The notes below the pieces were generated by a model that ran no database searches, was not told the origin of the DNA, and saw only the letters and a list, made by a program, of their open reading frames with translations. A stretch of 55,355 bases of DNA from NCBI GenBank assembly GCA_028276365.1, contig JAPYWL010000006.1, positions 1-55,355 of the forward strand, in the 5' to 3' direction. Within the stretch, counting starts at the first letter, position 1; each line of letters starts with the position of its first letter. This DNA comes from Deltaproteobacteria bacterium (GTDB taxonomy: Bacteria; DRYD01). Shown piece by piece: positions 1 to 9,005 of the stretch. The translations under genes and the position numbers were made by a program.

Positions 1-1420
1 CTAAGGGAGATTCTCCTAAGCCTGTTATTTCTACATTTTCAGGGAGTAATACGGGGATTTCAGCAGGTAATATCCCGCATTTATCACAATAAATAATAGG
101 TATAGGAGCCCCCCAATATCTTTGCCTACTTATTAACCAATCCCTTAATTTATAGCTAACTGTTTCATATCCTAAGTTTTTTGATTTTAAATAATTTACA
201 ATAAATGTTTTAAATTGGTTAGAATCCATATTATTACAGTTAATACCATCAATTAGAGGTAAATTAATCATATATCCTTCTCCTTCATAAGCTCCCTCTA
301 ATTGTTCTATATTTTCTTTGGGCATAATAACTGGGACAATAGGTAGATTATATATTTTAGCGAATTCATAATCTCGGGAATCATGGGCAGGAACACCCAT
401 AACTGCTCCTTCTCCATAATCCCCTAGAACATAATTAGTAATAAATACAGGTACTTTATTTAAATTAACGGGATTTTCTGCATAAAAACCTGTAAATATA
501 CCCTCTTTAGTTTTAACTCTATCTGCTGTAGTTAAGCTTAGTATTTTTTTTACAAAATCCTTAATTTCAAGATTATTAGTTTTTTTTATTATTGTATTAA
601 CTAAGGGGTGTTCAGGAGCAATAGCTAAAAATGTTACACCTAATAAAGTATCAGGCCTAGTAGTGAAAATAGAAATAGTATCTATTAGTTCATTTTGATA
701 GAAAATTTTAAAAAATATTTTAGCACCTTTACTTTTACCTATCCAATTTTTTTGCATTATTTTAACTTTTTCTGGCCAACCTTCTAACTCATCTAAGGAT
801 TCTAGTAATTTATCTGCGTATGCTGTTATTTTTAAATACCATTGTTCTAATTCTTTTTTAGTAACTATGTTATGACATCTCCAACACTTACCGTCTATAA
901 CTTGCTCATTAGCTAATACTGTACTACAATGATTACACCAATTTACTAAACCTTTTTTTCTATAAGCCAATGAATTCTCAAAAAATTTGAGAAATAAATA
1001 TTGTGTAAATTTATAGTATTCAGGTATAGAAGTATTTATTTCTCTATCCCAATCATAGGAGATACCCAATTTTTTTAGTTGTTGTTTCATATTGTTAATA
1101 TTATTTTCTGTCCAGGTTTTGGGGTGTATGTTGTGTTTTATAGCAGCGTTTTCAGCAGGTAATCCAAAAGCATCCCAGCCTATTGGATGTAATACATTGT
1201 ATCCTTTCATAAAATAATATCGAGCTATTACATCTCCAATAGTGTAATTTCTAGCATGTCCCATGTGTAACTGACCACTTGGATAAGGAAACATCTCCAA
1301 TACATAATACTTTTTTTTAGTTTTATCATTATAGGCTTTATAAATTTTATTTTCTTCCCAATATTTTTGCCACTTGGATTCTATTTCTGTATAATTATAA
1401 ACTTCTTGATTAGTTATCAT
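1..1420 (-). CDS. leuS: Leucyl-tRNA synthetase, N-terminal part (runs off window start)
   Basis: Not in ORF track. Manual translation from ATG at 1420 gives MITNQEVYNYTEIESKWQKYW...YYVLEMFPYPSGQLHMGHARNYTIGD (HIGH-type motif), GWDAFGLPAENAA and VMGVPAHDSRDYEFA; GGGGG SD upstream. Confidence 0.97.
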   Translation of the reverse strand, partial: MITNQEVYNYTEIESKWQKYWEENKIYKAYNDKTKKKYYVLEMFPYPSGQLHMGHARNYTIGDVIARYYFMKGYNVLHPIGWDAFGLPAENAAIKHNIHPKTWTENNINNMKQQLKKLGISYDWDREINTSIPEYYKFTQYLFLKFFENSLAYRKKGLVNWCNHCSTVLANEQVIDGKCWRCHNIVTKKELEQWYLKITAYADKLLESLDELEGWPEKVKIMQKNWIGKSKGAKIFFKIFYQNELIDTISIFTTRPDTLLGVTFLAIAPEHPLVNTIIKKTNNLEIKDFVKKILSLTTADRVKTKEGIFTGFYAENPVNLNKVPVFITNYVLGDYGEGAVMGVPAHDSRDYEFAKIYNLPIVPVIMPKENIEQLEGAYEGEGYMINLPLIDGINCNNMDSNQFKTFIVNYLKSKNLGYETVSYKLRDWLISRQRYWGAPIPIIYCDKCGILPAEIPVLLPENVEITGLGESPL

Positions 1421-1481
1421 AGATTATTCCCCCTGCTTTAAAAAAATTATGATTTCTTTTTTTATAATTTATATTTTCTAA

Positions 1482-2171
1482 CTATATTTTTTTATAGTAA
1501 TTACAATATTCCTTTAGAAAGCAGGTATTACATTTAGGTTTGTTTTTACATATAACTTGACCTAAAGCTACTAAATAATGATTTAATTTATCTTTTATTT
1601 CATTGTTTTTTATTGTATTTATTATTTTAAAAGTTTCTAATTCATTTTTAGTCTTTACTATTCCTAATCTATTTAGAATCCTATGAACATGAACGTCTAC
1701 TCCGACAATTGGAATATTATATATACTATTTAAGATAATAGCACCTACTTTTTTCCCTACTCCTGGTAACTTTGTTATTTCATCTATATTATTTGGTATC
1801 TCTGAATTATAATTTTCTATAATTTTTTTAGAAAAATTTAATAAATATTTTGCTTTAGTTTTATAAAATCCTAATGGTTTTAGTATTTTTAAGAGTTTAT
1901 TATATTCTATATTAATGATGTCTTGGGGAGTTTGAATGTATTTAGATAATTCTTGTAGCACTTTAATAAGTATTTTATCAGTAGTACGTGAAGATAAAAT
2001 AGTAGCAAAAACAGTTATCCATTTATTGCTTTTTTTTATTTTTATTAATTCGTTTATAGGAGCTTCTTTTAAGGAATTGTTTATTTCTTTTTTTAAGACA
2101 TTAAAAACTATTTCTAATTTATTTAGATCAATTTCAGTTAAATTTTGGCTTTTTATATTTTTGGGATTCAT
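1482..2171 (-). CDS. nth: Endonuclease III (HhH-GPD DNA glycosylase with Fe-S cluster)
   Basis: LPGVGKK HhH motif, VDVHVHR, C-terminal Cx5Cx2Cx5C. Confidence 0.92.
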   Translation of the reverse strand: MNPKNIKSQNLTEIDLNKLEIVFNVLKKEINNSLKEAPINELIKIKKSNKWITVFATILSSRTTDKILIKVLQELSKYIQTPQDIINIEYNKLLKILKPLGFYKTKAKYLLNFSKKIIENYNSEIPNNIDEITKLPGVGKKVGAIILNSIYNIPIVGVDVHVHRILNRLGIVKTKNELETFKIINTIKNNEIKDKLNHYLVALGQVICKNKPKCNTCFLKEYCNYYKKI

Positions 2172-2177
2172 AAATTT

Positions 2178-3485
2178 TTAATGAAGAAAGAATATATGAA
2201 GTACAATATAAGTAATAATAGCGATTAAAGTAGAGACTATAGCTACAGGGGTTCCATATTTTAGGAATGTAATAAAATCTAATTTGTACCCTTTTCTAGT
2301 AGATATGTCTGCAGCTACAATATTAGCAGATGCTCCTATTAACGTTAAGTTTCCACCCATACATGCACCAATAGATAAAGCCCACCATAATGGATCTAAA
2401 TTACTATTTATACCTACTACTTCTTTTAAAACTTTAGCAAATGCAAGAGTATATGGGATATTATCTACAATTCCGCTAATAAACATAGATGAAAATGAAA
2501 TTATTACCATACCTTTATATAAATTATCTCCTATTAAGTTTATAAGATTCTTAGAGATTATACTAAAAACATGATGTTCTTCCATAGCTCCTATGATTAT
2601 AAATAAACCTATGAAAAAGAAAATAGTAGCCCACTCTATTCTCTCAAATATTTCAATAGGAGATAGCTTAGTAAATAGCATTAATAAAGACGATGTAAAT
2701 AAAGCAATGAATCCAGTTTCCCAATGGAATTTATGACCTATTATAAATAAGATAATTGTTAAAATGAAGAGTCCTAAAGATATTTTCATTAACTTGTAAT
2801 CCATAACTAAATCTTTTTCTAATTCTTCTATTTGTTCTACATCTTTTTGTTCTATTTTGATATTATCTAATTTGATAATATATTTAAGCATTAAGATATT
2901 AACGATTAATCCTGTGATGAATCCAGTAAAAGCGGGAATACTAACATGTATTAAAAAATCTACAAATGATTTTTTAGCAATAGAACCTATGATAATATTA
3001 GGTGGGTCACCTATTAAAGTTGCAGTACCTCCAGTATTACTTGCTAAAACTATACTTATAACAATGGGAACTGGATTAACTTTGATATTTTCACATAACC
3101 TTATGATAATAGGGGTTAAGAATAAAACAGTGGTAACATTATCTAAGAAAGCAGAAGCTAAAGCTGTAAAAGTTGTAAAAAATATTATGATTTTATATAT
3201 ATTATTCCCTGTTATATCTAAGATTTTGGAAGCTAATAAATGAAATAATCCACTTTTTCCCATTATTATTACTATATTCATCATACCAAATAATAAAAAG
3301 ATAGTATTATAATCAATATACCCCCAAGCTTTATTAGCATCTAATAAACCTAATAAAATTACAACTGAAGCAAAGATTAAGACAGTTACTGTCCTATGAA
3401 AGTATTTCTCAAATAATATAAGAATATAAACTATTAAGAAAATTAAACTACTTAATAATGCTTTATTTGAAAGGATATGTTCCAT
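2178..3485 (-). CDS. ArsB/NhaD (SLC13/CitMHS-like) membrane transporter
   Basis: Multiple TM helices; SAFLDNVTT, ASNTGGTATLIGDPPN, GGNLTLIGASAN motifs. Confidence 0.9.
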   Translation of the reverse strand: MEHILSNKALLSSLIFLIVYILILFEKYFHRTVTVLIFASVVILLGLLDANKAWGYIDYNTIFLLFGMMNIVIIMGKSGLFHLLASKILDITGNNIYKIIIFFTTFTALASAFLDNVTTVLFLTPIIIRLCENIKVNPVPIVISIVLASNTGGTATLIGDPPNIIIGSIAKKSFVDFLIHVSIPAFTGFITGLIVNILMLKYIIKLDNIKIEQKDVEQIEELEKDLVMDYKLMKISLGLFILTIILFIIGHKFHWETGFIALFTSSLLMLFTKLSPIEIFERIEWATIFFFIGLFIIIGAMEEHHVFSIISKNLINLIGDNLYKGMVIISFSSMFISGIVDNIPYTLAFAKVLKEVVGINSNLDPLWWALSIGACMGGNLTLIGASANIVAADISTRKGYKLDFITFLKYGTPVAIVSTLIAIITYIVLHIFFLH

Positions 3486-3530
3486 AGTTTTCCTCCTGGG
3501 GTTCTTACTTTGGTTTACTCCTTTATTTTC

Positions 3531-4814
3531 TTATCTGCTCATAATTTTGGAAGGTAATATAAAAATAGGTAGATATAAACCTAATAGTAAAATGAAAACG
3601 AAACCACCTAAAATTAATATCATAGCAGGTTCTATTAGTTTCATTACTCTTTCTAAAATTATTTCTAATTCTCTGCTATAGAATTTATCTATATATTCTA
3701 ACATTTGGTAAATATTACCACTTCTTTCTCCAGTAATTAACATTTGTTCAACCATTGGTTCTAATAGTTTTGTATTTATTAAGCTTTCACTAAGTTTTTT
3801 ACCTTTTTCTATTTGTTCTATAGCTTCTTTGATTTTGGATGTAAATATTCCGCTATTTGTTGCTTTAGAAGATAGTTCTAAAGAAGGGATTATAAGCATC
3901 CCTGAATTTAGAGTTATGTAAAGTGATTTAAAAAATATTGAGTTATAATAAAATAATAAAGCTTTACCTAAGACAGGGATTTTTATAATAATTTTTTCTA
4001 AGTATTTTTTTAAGTCCATATTAAACGAAATAAAATAAGCTAAAAATAAACTAAAGAAAATAAGTATATAAAACCAAATTCCATTTTTAAATAGAAATAT
4101 TTTTTCATTAAAAAATTTAGATATTTTTAGTAAGGTAACTGTAATAAAGGGTAAATCTTTATATATTTTATCAGGACCAATAATTTGGGCAAAAATTTGC
4201 TCAAACTTTGGAATTACGAAAAAGATAGCAATAGCTAAAACAGCTAAAGCTACTAATATTACTAATGCTGGATATATCATAACGTTTATTAGCTTGTTTC
4301 TCATACTAATAGCATATTCATAATAATCTGATAAATATTTAAATATTTTATCCAAATTTCCTGAAGCTTCCCCTACTTTGATTAAATTAATAAACAAGCT
4401 TCCAAAGTTTTTTTCATACTTTAAGAAAGCTCTATAAAAGCTAACCCCTGCATTTATATCAGTTAATATATTTTCAAAGATATTTTTTACCTTTTTATTT
4501 TTAAATGTTTTTATAAATATATTAAACATAACATTAACGGGCAATCCTGCTTCAAACATTTGACTAAATTGCCTACTGATAAAGCTCAGTAAATTTATGT
4601 TTATTTTATAAGCAAATAAATTTTCCCAAAAATTGGAATTAAATTTTAAACTAAGATTTAAATTAAAAGTAGAAACTGGTTTTATTTCTATTACTGTATT
4701 TATTGATGGATTAGTTTTTACATAATTATATATTTCTTCTTCATCTTTACTTTCAATTGATAGTTCTTTTATATTTGAGTTTTCATCATAATATTTTACT
4801 AAGTATTTTTTCAT
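3531..4814 (-). CDS. pilC: Type IV pilus / T2SS inner-membrane platform protein (PilC/GspF)
   Basis: Two T2SSF repeats (GEASGNLD, GERSGNI), MIYP...IPKF, LIEPAMILILG...YLPIF. Confidence 0.92.
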   Translation of the reverse strand: MKKYLVKYYDENSNIKELSIESKDEEEIYNYVKTNPSINTVIEIKPVSTFNLNLSLKFNSNFWENLFAYKININLLSFISRQFSQMFEAGLPVNVMFNIFIKTFKNKKVKNIFENILTDINAGVSFYRAFLKYEKNFGSLFINLIKVGEASGNLDKIFKYLSDYYEYAISMRNKLINVMIYPALVILVALAVLAIAIFFVIPKFEQIFAQIIGPDKIYKDLPFITVTLLKISKFFNEKIFLFKNGIWFYILIFFSLFLAYFISFNMDLKKYLEKIIIKIPVLGKALLFYYNSIFFKSLYITLNSGMLIIPSLELSSKATNSGIFTSKIKEAIEQIEKGKKLSESLINTKLLEPMVEQMLITGERSGNIYQMLEYIDKFYSRELEIILERVMKLIEPAMILILGGFVFILLLGLYLPIFILPSKIMSR

Positions 4815-4823
4815 ATTATAGAT

Positions 4824-4849
4824 ATTCTATTGTTTAAGTTTTTAAACCT
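4824..4849 (-). promoter_or_regulatory. Putative SigH-type promoter for pilC (AGGT-N18-GAAT)
   Basis: Minus strand AAAGGT TTAAAAACTTAAACAATA GAAT, ending 10 nt before the pilC ATG; resembles the Bacillus SigH consensus AGGA-N17/18-GAAT. Confidence 0.45.
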
Positions 4850-4860
4850 TTTTAATAAAA

Positions 4861-4885
4861 AGGTAGGTTTATTTTTATGTAGAAT
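4861..4885 (+). promoter_or_regulatory. Putative SigH-type promoter for atpC-like/murA/mreB (AGGT-N17-GAAT)
   Basis: AGGT AGGTTTATTTTTATGTA GAAT; same ATGTAGAAT -10 region as the site at 36653. Confidence 0.5.
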
Positions 4886-4943
4886 AAAAAAAGGGATACT
4901 AAAAAGTAGCATTTAAAAATTTTTATAAATAAGGGGAAATTAA

Positions 4944-5168
4944 ATGAAGGTAAAATTTTCTACTCCCAAAGAATCTAAGGAGATCCAAGCTAAAAGTGTT
5001 AAACTTGATACAGGGAAAGGAACTTTAATTATATATCCTAATCATACTGATGCTGTTATTAAATTAGCTAAAAATAGTAAAGTTTATATAGATGATAAAG
5101 AATATCAAATAAATATGGGGATTGTTAAGATAGAAAAAAATGAAATATTAATAATTGCAGATGTATAG
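4944..5168 (+). CDS. atpC: ATP synthase epsilon subunit-like protein, N-terminal beta-sandwich only
   Basis: STPK...GTLIIYPNH...GIVKIEKNEILIIAD follows the epsilon pattern (VTPE...GELGILPGH...GFxEV..NxVxILAD); C-terminal helices absent. Confidence 0.7.
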   Translation: MKVKFSTPKESKEIQAKSVKLDTGKGTLIIYPNHTDAVIKLAKNSKVYIDDKEYQINMGIVKIEKNEILIIADV

Positions 5169-5224
5169 AAAATTTATTGGCAGATTTATAGAAAATTTAA
5201 ATTATAATTACTTATACGCTATAG

Positions 5225-6601
5225 ATGTACAGTATAGATGATAATGAAGTTATAGAAATAGTAGGAAAAGAGAAGCTTGAGGGTGAGTTAATTCCTCAGG
5301 GTTCTAAAAATGGAGCTTTACCTTTAATAGCAGCTTCTATTGTTTTTGATTATCCAGTTAAACTCTATAATATCCCTAATATTGAAGATGTTAATATTTT
5401 ATTAAGTATTTTAAAATATATAAACTGCAAAATAAAGTTTGAAAATAATGAATTAAGTATAGATTGTTCAAATTTAGATAAATATGAAATTCCCTGGGAA
5501 TTAGCTTCTAAGATGAGAGCTTCTTTTGATTTATTAGGTCCTATTGTTTTTAAGTTTTCTAAAGCGAGGATTCCTTTCCCTGGTGGATGTCTTATTGGTA
5601 ATAGAAAGGTAGATATTCATCTATATGCTGCTAAGCAATTAGGTTTTGAAGTAGAAATAAATAAAGGTGATGTTTTTATTAGCAATTTTAACAAATCAAA
5701 AATAAATAAGGTTATAAACTTTTGGATTCCTTCTGTGGGGGCTACAAAGAATGTTGTGTTTTTAGCTGCTTTCGCTGCTAATATAATTAATGATGAAATT
5801 CTTGTTAATAATATCGCTGTTGAGCCTGAGGTAATTAAATTATTTGATTTTCTTATAAGTAATGGTTTTAATTTAGAATATTCAATCGAGAAAAAATATC
5901 TTAAAATTAAGCCATTTAAGCTTAAAAATTATAATTACTATGAAGATTTTAATATCTTAGATAGGATAGAAGCAGGAACCTATATTCTAGCAGCTTTAGC
6001 TACTAAAGGTAGGATATTTGTTAAAGAAAATAGTTATTTTAAAGATTATTTTAAACTTTATTTAACTTTAAATTCTTTGTTAAATGTCTTAAAACAAATT
6101 GGCTTTAAAGTAGAAATCTATAATGATGGGATATATTGTGGATATGAAGGGGATAATTTGAAGTTGGATGGGGATTTAAAATCGATTGATATTGAAACGG
6201 GATATTATCCTGAATTTCCTACTGATTTACAACCTCAAATAGTAGCATTAGCTTTATCTATAAACGGAATTAGTACTATTAAAGAAAAGGTTTTTGATGA
6301 TAGGTTTATATATGTAAATGAACTAAGAAGATTAGGAGCTGATATAGATGTAATAGATAATAAGATTGCAATAGTAAAAGGAGGAAGAGAATTAAGTGGA
6401 GCTAAGGTTATAGCTACTGATATTAGAGGAGGAGCTGCTATCTTAATTGCTTCCCTGATTGCTAATAATACTTCCGTTATATCTAATATATATCAAATTA
6501 AAAGAGGATATGAAAATTTAATTAACAAGTTTTCTAACCTTAAAGCTAAGATAAAATTAAGATTTAATAAAGAAAACGAAGTGTATGGATATAAATATTA
6601 A
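5225..6601 (+). CDS. murA: UDP-N-acetylglucosamine 1-carboxyvinyltransferase
   Basis: GSKNGALP, KMRASF, PGGCLIGNR (catalytic Cys), DRIEAGT, FPTDLQPQ, TDIRGGA. Confidence 0.96.
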   Translation: MYSIDDNEVIEIVGKEKLEGELIPQGSKNGALPLIAASIVFDYPVKLYNIPNIEDVNILLSILKYINCKIKFENNELSIDCSNLDKYEIPWELASKMRASFDLLGPIVFKFSKARIPFPGGCLIGNRKVDIHLYAAKQLGFEVEINKGDVFISNFNKSKINKVINFWIPSVGATKNVVFLAAFAANIINDEILVNNIAVEPEVIKLFDFLISNGFNLEYSIEKKYLKIKPFKLKNYNYYEDFNILDRIEAGTYILAALATKGRIFVKENSYFKDYFKLYLTLNSLLNVLKQIGFKVEIYNDGIYCGYEGDNLKLDGDLKSIDIETGYYPEFPTDLQPQIVALALSINGISTIKEKVFDDRFIYVNELRRLGADIDVIDNKIAIVKGGRELSGAKVIATDIRGGAAILIASLIANNTSVISNIYQIKRGYENLINKFSNLKAKIKLRFNKENEVYGYKY

Positions 6602-7613
6602 TTATAATGGTAAAAAACATTTTTTAGATTTAGCTACAAGAATTGGTATAGATTTAGGAACCAATTCTATATTACTTTATGTAAAAGGAAAAGGAATAGT
6701 ATTAAAGGAACCTTCTGTTGTTGCTATAGATAAATCTAAAGGTGGTAAAGTTTTAGCTGTTGGGGAGAAAGCAAAAGAGATGATAGGTAGAACTCCTTCT
6801 CATATAGTTGCTGAAAGACCTATAAAAGAAGGAGTTATAGCTAATTATGAAGCAGCAGAAGCTATGTTAAAATATTATATAAATTTAATTAGAAATTCTT
6901 CTTTAATTAATAAGATATTTAAACCTATAGTAGCTGTATGTATTCCTGCGGAATATAATAGTGTAGAAGAAAGGGTTATAAAGGAAGCAGCGTATGCCGC
7001 AGGAGCTAAGGAAGTATACATTATAGAAGAACCAATGGCTGCTGCTATCGGTGCAGGACTTAAAGTTAATTCTGCTAAAGGTAATATGGTTGTAGATATA
7101 GGTGGAGGTACTACTGATATTGCTGTTATTTCTTTAGGAGGAATTATCGTTAAACAAACTATAAAGGTTGCTGGTGATAAAATGGATGAAGCTATTGCTA
7201 AGTATATCAGAAAAAATTATAACTTACTTATAGGTGAGCAAACTGCTGAAAAAATTAAAATAAATATAGGCACTATTATTCCTTTAGAACAAGAATTATC
7301 TATGGAAGTAAGGGGTAGAGATTTATTTACTGGGTTACCAAAAATTATTAATATAACTTCAAGTGAGATAGCAGAAGCTTTGTGGGAACCTGTTAGTGCT
7401 ATAGTTGATACTGTTAAATCTGTTTTAGAAGTAACTCCTCCAGAATTAGCAGCTGATATAATAGAAGAGGGTATAACTTTAACTGGAGGTGGAGCTTTGC
7501 TTAGGGGATTGGATAAAGTTATTTCTAAAGCTACGGGAATAAAAGTTAATATTCCCGAAGATCCTATTAGTTGTGTTGCTTTAGGTACTGGTAAGTATGC
7601 TGAAGCTCTATAG
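6585..7613 (+). CDS. mreB: Rod shape-determining actin-like protein MreB/Mbl
   Basis: IGIDLGT, EPSVVA, IEEPMAAAIGAG, VDIGGGTTD, LTGGGALL; no mreC/mreD follows, so Mbl-like. Confidence 0.95.
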   Translation: MDININYNGKKHFLDLATRIGIDLGTNSILLYVKGKGIVLKEPSVVAIDKSKGGKVLAVGEKAKEMIGRTPSHIVAERPIKEGVIANYEAAEAMLKYYINLIRNSSLINKIFKPIVAVCIPAEYNSVEERVIKEAAYAAGAKEVYIIEEPMAAAIGAGLKVNSAKGNMVVDIGGGTTDIAVISLGGIIVKQTIKVAGDKMDEAIAKYIRKNYNLLIGEQTAEKIKINIGTIIPLEQELSMEVRGRDLFTGLPKIINITSSEIAEALWEPVSAIVDTVKSVLEVTPPELAADIIEEGITLTGGGALLRGLDKVISKATGIKVNIPEDPISCVALGTGKYAEAL

Positions 7614-7686
7614 ATTTATATATATATAACGTGGTTTTGTTATAGTATAACAATATTTATATTATTAGGGTTTTAGCGGCTTAATT

Positions 7687-8880
7687 TTAAGTAGTGGTTA
7701 CAAATTTTTGAGTTGGGATTTTACCGTTTACTAAGTTTTTCATGAATACTTTGGTCATTGCTAACACTTCACTTTTTAGCATATCTAATTCTTCTTTGGA
7801 TTTAGGATAAAAGCTATTACCGATCTCTAAAGTATAGTTAAATCTACCTTCTACATGATGGTAATCTTCGCTACTGCCAGTAGTAGGGTACATAGAAACT
7901 GATTGTTCTACATAATATTTATTATTAACAGCTTTGGCCATTTCTTGAGCTACTTCTTTATAGATTGTATCCCATTGAGTAGGTTCTGTGGTATGTCCCC
8001 AAGGATATAAAATTGCATTTGAATAGCTGTGGATATCAATAACGGTATCAATGTGTTTAGAATTAACTAATTTAGTAATAGCTTTAATTTCTGCTTCGCT
8101 ATTACCATAAGGACCTCTATAAGTATCTGAATTAACGCTATCACTTGCTCCATAATCATCCCAGGTACTATCTGGCTTATCGTTTGGTTGTCTATATAAT
8201 GTTGGATCTTTTGGAGTAAAATAGTTTCTATTTAAATCTACTCCTATTCCATTATCAAATTTAGTTTTATTTTTTCTCCACCATCTATCTTGCTTTAAGG
8301 AATATTCGTAACCATCGGGATTAACAACAGGTAAAATGTATATATCTAAGTTATCAAGATATTTATTTAGTTCTGGATCATTAGATTCTAATAATTTTTC
8401 AGCTATATTAAGAGCAGCTTCACCTGTAGCCCATTCCCTTGCATGATGTAATCCTGTTATTAATATACTTTTTTTCTTTCCTTCTTCTTCATTTACATTT
8501 TTTGATATCCTTATAACTACAATATCTCTTCCTTCAAAAGTTTTACCTAAATACTCTAATTTAACTTTATCGGGGTATTTTTTTTCTAATTCTATCATTT
8601 TAGAGATAATTTGATTATAATCTCTAATAAAAGTTGGGGCTTTTATATCTATATCTTGTAAGTAATCTTTAAAGTCATTTATTATATTATCCTTATTTAT
8701 AATTTCAAATCCATCTCGGGTTTGTTTAATTTTTAAGTCATCATTTTTTATTAGAAAATCTGTTATTTCTTGATCATCTAGAATATGATTATTATTTTTA
8801 TCTATTTTTTTACTATAGTCTATATGTTTTAAAGAAACTGGAACTAATTGGTTATTAACTTTTAGATAGTATTTATCCAT
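7687..8880 (-). CDS. M14 zinc carboxypeptidase (carboxypeptidase T-like) with N-terminal extension
   Basis: HHAREW, PVVNPDGY, WRKN, GVDLNRNY, DIHSYS, YTLEIG; no hydrophobic signal peptide. Confidence 0.92.
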   Translation of the reverse strand: MDKYYLKVNNQLVPVSLKHIDYSKKIDKNNNHILDDQEITDFLIKNDDLKIKQTRDGFEIINKDNIINDFKDYLQDIDIKAPTFIRDYNQIISKMIELEKKYPDKVKLEYLGKTFEGRDIVVIRISKNVNEEEGKKKSILITGLHHAREWATGEAALNIAEKLLESNDPELNKYLDNLDIYILPVVNPDGYEYSLKQDRWWRKNKTKFDNGIGVDLNRNYFTPKDPTLYRQPNDKPDSTWDDYGASDSVNSDTYRGPYGNSEAEIKAITKLVNSKHIDTVIDIHSYSNAILYPWGHTTEPTQWDTIYKEVAQEMAKAVNNKYYVEQSVSMYPTTGSSEDYHHVEGRFNYTLEIGNSFYPKSKEELDMLKSEVLAMTKVFMKNLVNGKIPTQKFVTTT

Positions 8881-8955
8881 TTCTATTACCTCCTTTTATT
8901 TTTTTCTTTACTTTATCGAAATATTAATTTTTAAATAAAAAAATATAAAAAAAAA

Positions 8956-8972
8956 TGTAAAAAAAATGTAAA
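8956..8972. promoter_or_regulatory. Direct-repeat motif TGTAAA-N5-TGTAAA upstream of the M14 peptidase
   Basis: tgtaaa aaaaa tgtaaa; the motif recurs upstream of several genes in the window. Confidence 0.5.
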
Positions 8973-9005
8973 AAAAAAGATAATATGTAATAATAATAAT
9001 TTAGT

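Noticed and set aside
1936-3243. Short + strand ORFs over nth and the transporter
   Set aside because: Antisense to well-supported genes, as are the short ORFs inside groEL, the thiolase, 18785, 23529, 26073 and 52593
8910-8940. Sigma-28-like TCGATAA upstream of the M14 peptidase
   Set aside because: Spacing to a TAAA -35 box does not fit, and the motif does not recur at the other candidate genes
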